This document shows, piece by piece, positions 24,101 to 36,400 of a stretch of 64,000 nucleotides of DNA (its first letter is position 1; every line of letters begins with the position of its first letter). The stretch spans positions 62,001 to 126,000 of the forward strand of contig NIVC01000010.1 in the NCBI GenBank assembly GCA_002269645.1, given 5' to 3'. This DNA is from Macrostomum lignano. Its lineage: Eukaryota. Both the position numbers and the translations under genes were made by a program. The notes beneath the pieces were generated by a model. The model was given only the letters and a program-made list of their open reading frames with translations, was not told the DNA's origin and made no database searches.

Positions 24101-25553
24101 ACGGGTTGGGTGGTATGGGTTCTTTTTCAGGCTCACCTGGTACTCGGCATAATGACGACCCTTCTTGGAGGTGCCATCAGTCATCAGCGTCAGCGGGCGA
24201 TTCGCCAATGAGGCTGCCAGGACGCTGTCCAGGCCACTGGCTTTTGCCAGGCAATTGCCCACGCTGAATGCTGTGGAAGCCACCAGTGATTTTGACGGAA
24301 GCGGCAAGACAGTGGGGCTCGCATCGAACGACGTCAGCCCAGACAGGACACACCGGATGCAGGGCGAGACATATCGAACCGGGACGTGGCAGTCCAGGAC
24401 GAGATTGACGCATGTCTCGATGACCTGGTCGGAAACAGGGTCGTAAAATTGAAACTAAAAGTTAAAATATTTCAATTAAAACATGATAATTGTCTTGTTT
24501 GTCATTGCCATGCTCGCCAATTGTCACGTTTTTTCTTCTATACAGTACAGTTTATAAATTATAGATACAAAAACCACCCAGTTTACAGACTAAATGAAAG
24601 GAAACAAACCTAAATGAAATTAAGCAAAACAGAGTAAGGCTGTCTTACCCGATTCGTGAACTGCATGCCACCTTGAGAAGGCCGCTTCTCCATTGTCGCC
24701 AGCCCTCTGCCCTGCGCAGCCTCTTCCAGCAACTCGGATGCCTGGTCCAGGCTGCTGTGCAGCTCGTGAATGTGGCTGCGCAGTTCGCCGACCTGCTTCT
24801 TGCTCTTCTGCAGGCCGGCATTGTTGCCGTTGAGCTGCTGTAGGCGGCTGCGCAGTGTCCTATTCGCCTCTTTTAAGCGCAATATTGTGCGCTTCTGCTG
24901 CAGGGCTGCGTCATGGGCCTTGTCCAGACGGTCATGAAGCCGGCGCAGCTGATGGGAAACCACCTTTCGAGGGAGTCGTCTGGCAAGACGGCGCTCCAGC
25001 CTCTGCTGCTCCTGCTGCTTTTCCAGCAGCTGGGCACGAAGCTCATCGATGATTTCCTTCAGAGCTGCCTCCACGCCCAACTGTTCGTCTATGGACATGC
25101 CCGACACAGCAGACGTAGCACTAGCAGCAGCAGCAGCACCGCGTCCAGGTGTGGCAGCAGCCTGAGCATCGTCAGTATTGTTGGCATCGCTGTCATCACT
25201 CTGCTGCTGCTCACCACCAGTGATATCACGCTTAGGCGTCACGGACAGCTGCTGTAGCTCCTGCAGCAGAACGTTCGGTACATCCAGGTCACCCTTGACG
25301 TAATTTTCGTACGACGAGGGCTTCCCAGCAGCCACCTCCTCATAGTGGCGCCGACGCAGGACCACAGCATTGCCCCTCTCACGTTCGACCTTGCGCAGAA
25401 GGGCCTCCTTCGAACGCAAGCTGACAGCTGTGGGGGAAGGCCCATGGCACGCAGGAGGCGGGTCGCTCGACTGGCGCCATTCTCGCCCTTGGCCTTGGCT
25501 TTATCGACAAATTTGATGGCTCTCTCAATGGAGATGGGGATCAGGCGATCCAT
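21161..25553 (-). pseudogene. Six-exon DDE transposase (hAT-like, CxxH clan), ~1158 aa after correcting one frameshift; C-terminal Tudor-like domain
   Basis: Minus-strand exons 25553-24649, 24424-24137, 23958-23719, 23486-22701, 22577-22019 and 21858-21161, all GT-AG and phase-consistent. Motifs: LMTDGTSK (D1, 24176-78), LMTDRHVVN (D2, 23746-48), FCGMH (CxxH), FRGNR, NVAGERMFAALD (E, 22443-45). A long N-terminal coiled coil is present. One 1-nt deletion lies in the G5 run at 25432-25436 (real or a sequencing homopolymer error). Confidence 0.85.
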
Positions 25554-26149
25554 TGGACTTGGACAAGTGGGAGTGGGGTCAAGGACACGAGGACACTAAA
25601 CTAAATAAAACAGTTCAGTTGACAATAAATCTGGCAATTGTAGAAAAGCAATTGTAGCTTTTGTATCTTCACTACTTCAGTAGCTGGAATGCAGTAAAAA
25701 GAGCAGGGGTCAGAAAGGTAAATAATAATTATAATATGTAATTATAAATGGACTAAAATGACTAACCAGTTTGACTTTCACTGTCTCAGTTACAAGTACA
25801 AGATAGTATGAACCCTAGGCCTAGCCTGGCATAGGCCAGCCAGGACTATATATATAGCTATGAGACTGTATAACTATATGTTATAGTATAAGTATAATAT
25901 AATTAACATATATTATACATATAATTATATATAATGAATAATTGTTTCAACTTAACTTCTTGAGAGTTGACTGAAGTCCCCTGAGCCTAAATGACTATGT
26001 ATGATATGACTATGAGTCTTGCACGAGTTATGACCATGCCTGAAGACTGAGCCTAAATCTAGTAAATGATCTTTAACTTGTTTACTTTTAAGGTTAACTT
26101 AAATTTAAAATTAAATATACACTTTTGCAAAATAATTGTGTCTTGTGAA

Positions 26150-26600
26150 CTGATGGACAAAATCAAACAGAAAATGTGCTGCAGATATGCCAAAAAGCTA
26201 AAAAACAGTGATAAAAAGGCAACAAAAAAGTAGAAAATGTTTTCTATAACCTACATATAAAGAAAGAAGGTACACACAGTTGTAGAAACAACTGTTTGTC
26301 ATATAAATGTAAAGTTTCACTGCTGAAACCAAGATATTTTTCAACTTGTAGACAAAAAAGTTCTAAAAACTTGCCCGGATGAGCCAAAAAGCTAAAATAA
26401 GTGACAAAAATAGAGATAAAAAGTTTTTAAAAAATGTTCCACCCTAAATAGAAACTCCAAAATTTATCTATGAGTACAAACCACTGTTTACCTTTAATTT
26501 GCAAAGTCTCACTACAAAAGGCAGGATAGTTTCTAACTTACTGACAAAAGAATTAAAAAATCATGCTCCGGCATATGCCATTTTTTTCAACTTTTGTAAC
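26150..26600 (+). repeat. Degenerate ~190-195-bp subterminal repeats inside the transposon
   Basis: GACAAAA...GCCAAAAAGCTAAAA...AGTGA recurs at ~26156 and ~26351, and partially at ~26542. Confidence 0.6.
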
Positions 26601-27499
26601 AACATGTAAGCATATTTTTCATATCCAACCATGTAATGACAGAAAAAGCATGGCAAAAGAAGCAAAACAAGTAGATCTTTGAAATAAGACCAAAAGTAGC
26701 AAATTTGGACAAAAAATGACTATTTTACACTCTACTAAAGTACCTTTTTTCAAAACTGATATCAAAAAGGGAACAAGCCCATAGTGTAATTTTTATATCT
26801 AAAAAAACGCAAATTTTGAATCTTTAAATAGCCATAACTTTTTTATCACTTGACCAATCTTAACAATCTTGGCCATTTTGGAAATCACTCAAGACCCTCT
26901 ATCATGCTAGACAAGAAAAAATAGGATACCATAAACTTTAGAAAACTCACTGGACAGCCTACCTTAATGCTGTCGGTCATCTGAATAGCTTTTTACAAAC
27001 CATGTCTTCTAATCTATTATCTGATGCTCGTTTCGCCTCAGTCTACAGTTTTGATTCTAGTCGGCTGACCAAGCGATCTTTATGGCTTGAAAATATTCAA
27101 AGCAGCTCCTGCTCACCTTCGCCCTCTCTGGATATTTTTGCTTTTGCTTTTTCATTCATTCCTTTTCTTTCAATGTGTTAAAAAGATAAACAATTATATA
27201 GTTTTTCATTATAATACTTAAATTTCCCCTTTTCGAAGACTTTGAGAGGCCTTGTCAAAGTTTCTAACGACGCATGCAGACTGCAGTAAAATCAGTTGAA
27301 TTTTGCTCATAATTTTTATTGCTTCTATATTTATAATATTAGTAATTTTTTGTCCAACTTTTTCTGTACAATTTATTGCCTGTCTGAGCAAGTGGCCTTT
27401 AAAAAGTTGTTTCTTAGAAAGCAGAAAATTGGCGGCAAACAACAGATTTGAAGCATTCACGCCAGATGCTCTTGATCCGTTGTTTTGGTTGCTCTAATT

Positions 27500-27745
27500 T
27501 CACCCCTCTAATCTCCAACCTCGCCTCCCTCATGTATCCTATCTCTAATCTCACCCTTCCTATGTATCCTATCTCTAAGCTCAAACCTCCAATGAATACC
27601 TCCTATGTCTAATCTCACCCCTCCAATGTATCCCATCTCTTATCTAACCGTTCCAATGTATTCTATCTCTTATCTCACCCCTCCAATGAATGTATCCTAT
27701 CTCTAATCTCACCTTCTCCAATGTATCCTATCTCTAATCTCACTG
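27500..27745 (+). repeat. Degenerate ~30-bp minisatellite (TGTATCCTATCTCTAATCTCACCCCTCCAA)
   Basis: About 7 imperfect copies. Confidence 0.8.
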
Positions 27746-30420
27746 TTCTTAAATCTCGCGCGTTTCTGCTCTGTCTGACTGTCTTATGCCATTCTCAGTT
27801 TTCTCTATTTTTAATCATGCATGAGTCATGGTCATGATGACCTCTAAATCAAGTGATTTTTATATTCGGAGCAGACTAAATCAACAAAGTGTAATTAATA
27901 AAATGTTAATTATTTAATTATCTACATTCTACTCGCTATATTATTTTATACGTTAATTCTTGCACTATAAATCAAAATTTTTCATTTCTGTAATTTTGGC
28001 CATAATGTTTACATGAGACACCGACAACTTGACAAGCCTAAGCTTATAAGTCTTGAAATTTTAGGTGTGTTTTGCCCGTCTGTAGGAATTTTTCTATGTA
28101 TTGTTTAGTATTGAATTCTTTTCTCATCATTTTAATGCAATATTAAACAGATTTTTCCCACCTGCCTGTGCTATTAATACAATAATCGAATACACTATTT
28201 AAAATGCTGCTGAATTCGAGTTCATTGATTGATGAGTCACTTAGGTTGATAATTAATGATTTTGATTCGTTTACTTGGTTTGTCAGTACCTACCTTAATT
28301 TTTTATTATTTGCATGCCATTAATATAAACACAAGTAATTAAATTGATTACAACATACATGTGTATGTGTATTATGCTATTGTGCAGCTTGTTAATATGC
28401 TGCATAGATTTTACTTGCTTATTGATAAATATAATATTCATTTTTATTCTATTCTCTACTCGTGCATGCATAAATTATAGATATAACAATTATTATTATT
28501 ATAAAGTTAAACTCCATTTACTGAGAGCTTTATAAAGAAAAACGATACAAATCCAATTACGAGTAAATGGTGTCTTTTTCATTCCTTAATCGAGGAGCTT
28601 CCATCGTCCAATTATATACATTCGCTATTCAAAAACGTTTAAACTAAAACCTGTAAAAAGGCTGTTATAAAAATGTCATTAACTTGCTGCGTGGTTAAGA
28701 CCTAAGAGGCCCCGGCCCAGACAATAAGAGGGTAAAAGCGTCTGGACGTTTTATTTTAAACGCTTTTGGTGTGGTCACAAGCGTGGGCCTTATTTTCTCT
28801 CCTATTTTTAGCTAAGCAAGCGGAATCATTCTTATTCCGCACTCGCACCCTATAAAACAGGCCTAAGGCCTATACCCCTATAGTATAGATAAGATTAAGT
28901 ATGTTGTGTGGATAAACTGTCACGTGACCGCAGTACAGTCCGGTTAAAGTTTTAAGCCAATCAGAGTCTTAATAAAAGCATCCCCTGCCCCAACAGTCGG
29001 CCTTCCTCTCCTTTCTGTTCTGGCCGGGCGGGCTACTCCTAATTTTAATGCGATTTTACAACCCGTCCGCCCAGCCCCGACACCCCGTCCCCCACTCTCT
29101 GGCTGGCAGGAGCTTGGACCTTAAAATAAATAGCTATTAAACAACGTGTAATATAGGCTTTATTCAACCTAAGATTAGATTGGACTGGAGTGTTGCACTT
29201 GCTAGCAAATAGCAATCCGCATTGATGAGAACGACTAATACGAACAATGCATGTTATGCATGTGTACGTCTAATAATATAATAGCAATACAAGATGGTAG
29301 AAAATTGACTTGTGACTTGTGAAACAATGGGTAAATATGAATTGAACAATCAAAATGCTTTTTATTTTGCGATTTACGGAACATTAAATAGTTTAGGAGG
29401 ATTACTGTGATGATTTACATTTACATGTAAAAAACATCCTATTAATTCCACTGCATGCATATACGAGCGTACAGAATACCGCTATAGGAATAGACAAAGA
29501 AAATGGGTTGCTATAGAATGTCATGTCAATTGTCAATTGACGAGATACGAGTAATTCATGACAAGGTGTGAGTAAAAAGCATTAATCATCTTTGCAGCAG
29601 CTATATAGTAGTCTTACTCTTATATTTGGTTCGATCACCTGACATGTGGCTTTTGGATCTAACGTTTGAAGCAGTTCCGAATTACATGGCTGTTGTGAAA
29701 ATCAACATGATAACTTTTTTCAATCTGCCATGAATCATCTTTCGCTTCTCGAATCTTGACCAAGGACCACTGTAGTATAACTTGGTCTTCAGCTATACTA
29801 CAATGGTCCTTGATCTTGAAATCGTTTAGAAACATTTGTTTTCTTTCAGCTCATCTGAACAGCCTTTTTCCGTGATAATAGTCATGAATATGACAATCTG
29901 ACATGCAAATCACCAAGGCAACCTGAACATTTTCGTGCTTCGTAAACAAAGAAATTTAAGCTTTTTTCTTATCTTTTATACTTTATTTTATGCCTTGCTT
30001 ACTTAGTAAAATTGAAACGCCAAACAAGCAGCAGCAAACCCCCCTTACCCTACTTTGGCCATTCGGCCCCTTACTTTACTGCTATGCTATAGTGTTATCT
30101 TCCTTGACGTTAACGGTAATCCAAGGCCAACTTACGCTCCTCCAGTCGTCCTTGGGTAAAACCCCCTCCCTCCCTTTCCTCCCTTTCCCTCCTTCTCTGC
30201 TCGCTCCTCGATTGGCCGGAGGCTTCCGCCAATCCAGCCCCCCACCTCACTCCGCCAATTAAGCAATAAACTGGGCTAGCCTGTTTAGACAGGGCCTCCC
30301 AATCCTATCTCCCTCTTTCTGACCTCACAGCTCACTCCCGGCCTTTTAGCGTGAAATTAGAACTTCAAAATGAAATAAGCGCGTGCCAGTAATAGTGATT
30401 TTCTTGCCGAGCTAACCGAA

Positions 30421-33400
30421 ATGGACAACAATAATAACAACGTCAACATGCTGCCGCAGCCGCACGGTGGATCAGCTTTCACCGCGTATTCTCGTCGCTC
30501 CTTGCAGCCACAACCAGTCTCGTCGACTTCAAGCTCTCACGCTGCTACTGCTAGTCCACATCCACAACAAGCAATAGCAGTTCACCGTCCTCAGCAGCAC
30601 TGTGTGCACCATCCGAATCAATATCCGCAGCAGCAGCACCAGCTTTATCCGCCGCATCTTCAACCGCCGCAATTTTCGCCTCGGCCATCTCTGCAGCACA
30701 AATGGCACTCCTATTGGAACGATTGGCAGCATTACTACTCCCATAACTATCCAATGCCAATACCAATGCCTATTATTAATCAGCATCATCCAGTTAGCCC
30801 GGCCGTCAGTCCTACAATCCGGCCTGTACTGATCCCGCCCGCTCAGCCAGTTTATTATCCGCAAACGCAACGGGCAGCTGTGCCGCATTATCAATATCGC
30901 CATTGTCCTCCCCAGCAGTCGGGCCAGCACAGTCGTTTCGCCGCTCCCTCTGGCAGGAGCAGTTTGCCAATGTCGGCCTCAGCAAAATCGGCTGCTGGCG
31001 GCAAGCCGCCTCTGCGCGCGGCCAGGCGACTGAATCAAGACCAATTAAGACCGGGCGATAATCGTAGAGCAACAATAAGCGCCATGACAGCTGTGGAACC
31101 GTTGGATCTTAGAATTGCTAGCAAGTGTAATCCCAGCAGCAGCACTACTAGCTCTGTTGCCACTGTTACTAATATCGCTTTGACAACAGGATTGTCTTCC
31201 TCGGCTCAGAAAGCTTCGCTGTCGCAATGGTGAGTTTAACTGTGTTGCTTTTGTCATTTTTTTATAATGGCTTTGTCCACTTCCTTATTCACTGTCCTCA
31301 GCAGCTCCCCACCTTCATCTGCCCCTCCATTCACTTCACTGTACTCAGCAGCTCCCCACCCTCATCCGCCCCTTATCCGGCCCCTCATTCACTGTCCTCA
31401 CCAGCTTCCCACCCTCATCCGCCCCTTATCCGCCCCCTCATTCACTGTCCTCAGCAGCTCCCCACCCTCATTCGCCCCTTATCCGCCCCCCTCATTCACT
31501 GTCCTCAGCAGCTCCCCACCCTCATTCGCCCCTTATCCGCCCCCCTCATTCACTGTCCTCAGCAGCTCCCCACCCTCATTCGCCCCTTATCCGCCCCCTC
31601 ATTCACTGTCCTCAGCAGCTCCCCACCCTCATCCGCCCCTTATCCGCCCCCTCATTCACTGTCCTCAGCAGCTCCCCACCCTCATCCGCCCCTTATCCGC
31701 CCCCCTCATTCACTGTCCTCAGCAGCTCCCCACCCTCATCCGCCCCTTATCCGCCCCCCTCATTCACTGTCCTCAGCAGCTCCCCACCCTCATCCGCCCC
31801 TTATCCGCCCCCTCATTCACTGTCCTCAGCAGCTCCCCACCCTCATCCGCCCCTTATCCGCCCCCCTCATTCACTGTCCTCAGCAGCTCCCCACCCTCAT
31901 CCGTCCCTTATCCGCCCCTCATTCACTGTCCTCAGCAGCTCCCACCTCACCCTCATCCGCTCCTTATCCGCCCCCATTCACTGTTCTCAGCATCTCCCCA
32001 CCCTCATCCGTCCCTTATCCGCCCCTCATTCACTGTCCTCAGCAGCTTCCACCTCACCCTCATCCGCTCCTTATCCGCCCCCATTCACTGTTCTCAGCAG
32101 CTCCCCACCCTCATCCGCCCCTTATCCGCCCCTCATTCACTGTCCTCAGCAGCTCCCCAGCATCGGGAAGACAGCAGAAGCAGCCAAGTAATTCGGAGCC
32201 AGCAGCGACCGAAGCCAGTTCGTCAATGGCTGTCAAAAAGGCCTGGTTGCACAAGTGGGCTGAGCAACAGATGGAGAAAAAGCAAATGCCGCCACCGATG
32301 CAGCCTCCTATTATGCGGAATTTGCCCAAACAGAAGCAGGCTAACATTGATGAGTCCGAATCGAACAGTTCAGGTACAGCGGTGGCGACAGCTGGGAACT
32401 CCAGGCCGACAGCAAAGGTGAGTTAGTAATTTATTTATTTATACTACCTTACTGCATACCTAAAATCGTTCAACACTTGAATATACTAAAAAGTATAAGC
32501 ACGTAGATGACTTGCGGCCAGCAAAGCCTCCCTGATCCTTTGAAACCTTACAATAGCAATCTGGCTCGCTCAATATTTGTCTCTTCTAAGCTCTCCTCTC
32601 TGCTCTCTACTGTCCTTGTAGATAAAGAAGACTTGGCCATTGGAGTAGCTGAAGTGTTATTAGCCCATCTGATGGTGTGGATAAAGACCCAACTATTAGA
32701 GTAGCTGAAGTGTCATTTAGCCCACCGGCGGGTGAGAATAAAGACTTAGCTATTAGAGTAAGTGCCATTAGCCCACCTGAGGGTGTGGAATCGTGGATAA
32801 AGACTTGGTTGGCTATTAGTGTTAAGAGTAGCTGGTGTCATTAGCCCACCTGGGAATGTGTATAAAGAATCAGCTATTAGAGTAGCTGAAGTGTCATTAG
32901 CCCACCTGGGAATGCGTATAAAGACTCAGCTATTAGAGTAGCTGAAGTGTCATTAGCCCACCTGGGAATGCGTATAAAGACTCAGCTATTAGAGTAGTTG
33001 AAGTGTCATTAGCCCACCTGGGAATGTGTATAAAGACTCAGCTATTAGAGTAGTTGAAGTGTCATTAGCCCACCTGGGAATGTGTATAAAGACTCAGCTA
33101 TTAGAGTAGCTAAAGTGTCATTAGCCCACCTGGGAATGTGTATAAAGACTCAGCTATTAGAGTAGCTGTAAGTGTCATTAGCCTACCTGGGATGTGTATA
33201 AAGACTCGAGTAGCTGTAAAAGTGTCATTAGCCTACCTGAGATGTGTATAAAGACTCGAGTAGCTGTAAAAGTGTCATTAGCCCACCTGAGATGTGTATA
33301 AAGACTCAGCTATTAGAGTAGCTGAAGTGTCAAACGCACACCTGAGATGTGGATATGGCTAAAGGCTTCGTCTAATAATAGAATAGGTGAAATCCTCAGA

Positions 33401-36400
33401 CTACTTGAGAATGTTAATGAAGTCACTGAACAGATGTAAACAGTCGGTTATAAATAAATTGACTGCATCGCATGATTAACACGAACACGATGCAGGCATC
33501 CAGAAAGCGGCAGTCGATCACTCTACCTACAGTGTTTGGATCATCCAAGACTGCCGCCGCGGCCTCAGCACTAACGGCAACAAGGCCTAAAGAGGCATCA
33601 GCGGGGAGGGCGTCGGATGGCGAGACCCTGCTATCGTTAGCATCGGTTGCTAACACGGCTAAGAGACGGTTGAGCTTGTCGACAGCAACTGCCACGAGCG
33701 ACGCTGGCGGTAAAAAACTCCACAAAATCCTGAAAATTTAAAAACCCCAATAATATAAAATGTTTCTCTTTATCTCCCTATAGGATAAATGAATAAACCA
33801 CAATTGTTTACCTGTAAAATGTAAAATCCTCTCGCCCGTCCCCACCTGCCAACAGAGAGCAGCAGATCAACAGAAGGTCAGGCGGACGCCAGCCAGACTC
33901 TCGTAGCTCTGCAGGGCAACACCTGTCGGGAGCTAGTCTACACTCGGCTGCCCCTGTGCAGAGACTGCCGGCTGATAGCCACGCCTCCGGTGGCCCAGCC
34001 CAGCTGCCGGTTCAAGGAGTTTAGAAAGTGAGCTCGATTGAAAACACCCGAGCAGTGCAGCTCTACTTTGTGTTTGGAGAATCTTCTAAAATCCCAATTG
34101 AGAATTGTCACTTATCTCATTGAGAACCGCCACTGATCCCATTTGAGAATCGCCACTGATCCCATTGAGAATCGCCACTGATCCCATTGAGAATCGCCAC
34201 TGATCCCATCGAGAATCGCCACTGATCCCATTGAGAATCGCCACTGATCCCATTGAGAATCTCCACTGATCCCATTGAGAATTGCCACTGATCCCATTGA
34301 GAATTGCCACTGATCCCATTGAGAATCGCCACTGATCCCATCGAGAATCGCCACTGATCCCATTGAGAATCGCCACTGATCCCATTGAGAATCGCCACTG
34401 ATCCCATTGAGAATCGCCACTGATCCCATCGAGAATCGCCACTGATCCCATTGAGAATCGCCATCTGACTTCATTAAGAATCCAGATCCCTATAAAGTAC
34501 ATTATGACTATAACTTATCCAGGCTGCGCCTATGCCAAGGCGTCCTCACGGTGGCGGGTTTCTGCTCCCTAGACGATGTGACACCAGCTGACACGGCTGA
34601 CTGGCGAGTCGAACCGGCCCCGCAGACGGCAACATCCTCAGGAGCCACCGCCGCCGCTGCAACCTCATCGCCGCAGCACAAGTTGCACCGAGACGTGGCT
34701 GCCAAGCAGTTGACACTGCTTCTGCCGCCGCTGCACCAGCTGCTTCAACGAGAATCGGCCGCGGTAGCTCGCTGGGCCGGCAGCGACCTGAACCAGCTGC
34801 TCTGGCGTAGGAAAAAGAAACGACAGAGGCGGCAGCCGATGACCGATTTGTGAGTCTGTGATTTTGTTTATGGAAAATTAACTATTGCTGAATGTTTCGT
34901 AATTCAAATCCCATTTCATAATCTAGAGCTGAAATGTCACTTTAGTCATCCCAATCAAGAATCCCCATCGAAAATCCTCCAATCTGAACTGAAATCCCTT
35001 CGAAAATCCCAATCTGAAATCCCATAGATAATATCCATATTTGAAATCCCATCGATAATATCCCTATTTGAAATCCCATCGATAATATCCCTATTTGAAA
35101 TCCCATCGATAATATCCCTATTTGAAATCCCATCGATAATATCCCTATTTGAAATCCAATCGATAATATCCCTTTTTGAAATCCCATCGATAATATCTCA
35201 ATCTGAAATCTCATCGATAATATCCCTGTCTGAAATCCCATCGATAATATCCCTATTTGAAATCGCATCGATAATATCCATATTTGAAATCCCATTGATA
35301 ATATCCCTATCTGAAATCCCATCGATAGTATCTCTATCTGAAATCCCATCGATAATATCCCTATTTGAAATTCCATCGATAATATCCCTATTTGAAATCC
35401 AATCGATAATATCCCTTTTTGAAATCCCATCGATAATATCCCTTTTTGAAATCCCATCGATAATATTCCTATCTGAAATCCCATCGATAATATCCCTGTC
35501 TGAAATCCCATCGATAATATCCCTATTTGAAATCCCATCGATAATATCCCTATTTGAAATCCCATCGAAAATATCCCTATTTGAAATCCCATCGAAAATA
35601 TCCCTATTTGAAATCCCATCGATAATATCCCTATTTGAAATTCCATCGATAATATCCCTTTTTGAAATCCCATCGATAGTATCCCTATTTGAAATCCCAT
35701 CGATAGTATCCCTATCTGAAATCCCATCGATAGTATCCCTATCTGAAATCCCATCGATAGTATCCCTATCTGAAATCCCATCGATAGTATCCCTATCTGA
35801 AATCCCATCGATAGTATCCCTATCTGAAATCCCATCGATAATATCCCTATTTGAAATTCCATCGATAATATCCCTATTTGAAATCCCATCGATAGTATCC
35901 CTATCTGAAATCCCATCGATAGTATCCCTATCTGAAATCCCATCGATAATATCCTTATTTGAAATCCCATCGATAATATCCCTATTTGAAATTCTATCGA
36001 TAATATCCCTATTTGAAATCCAATCGATAATATCCCTTTTTGAAATCCCATCGATAATATCCCTTTTTGAAATCCCATCGATAATATTCCTATCTGAAAT
36101 CCCATCGATAATATCCCTGTCTGAAATCCCATCGATAATATCCCTATTTGAAATCCCATCGATAATATCCCTATTTGAAATCCCATCGAAAATATCCCTA
36201 TTTGAAATCCCATCGAAAATATCCCTATTTGAAATCCCATCGATAATATCCCTATTTGAAATTCCATCGATAATATCCCTTTTTGAAATCCCATCGATAA
36301 TATCCCTATTTGAAATCCCATCGATAGTATCCCTATCTGAAATCCCATCGATAATATCCTTATCTGAAATCCCATCGATAGTATCCCTATCTGAAATCCC

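Larger units (their letters stand above)
19671..26961 (-). mobile_element. Full-length TIR DNA transposon, 7291 bp, hAT-like (hATw-like by its 7-bp TSD)
   Basis: TIRs TAGACTGTCCAGTGAG (19671-19686) and CTCACTGGACAGCCTA (26946-26961) match at 15/16. Direct repeat CCTTAAT flanks both ends (19664-19670 and 26962-26968). The element encloses the transposase gene and AT-rich subterminal regions. Confidence 0.85.

Noticed and set aside
19666-26967. TTAA-targeting (piggyBac/Kolobok) interpretation of the transposon ends
   Set aside because: TTAA occurs on both sides but at unequal distances from the TIRs (1 vs 2 nt). The 7-bp direct repeat CCTTAAT abuts both TIRs exactly and explains the ends better.
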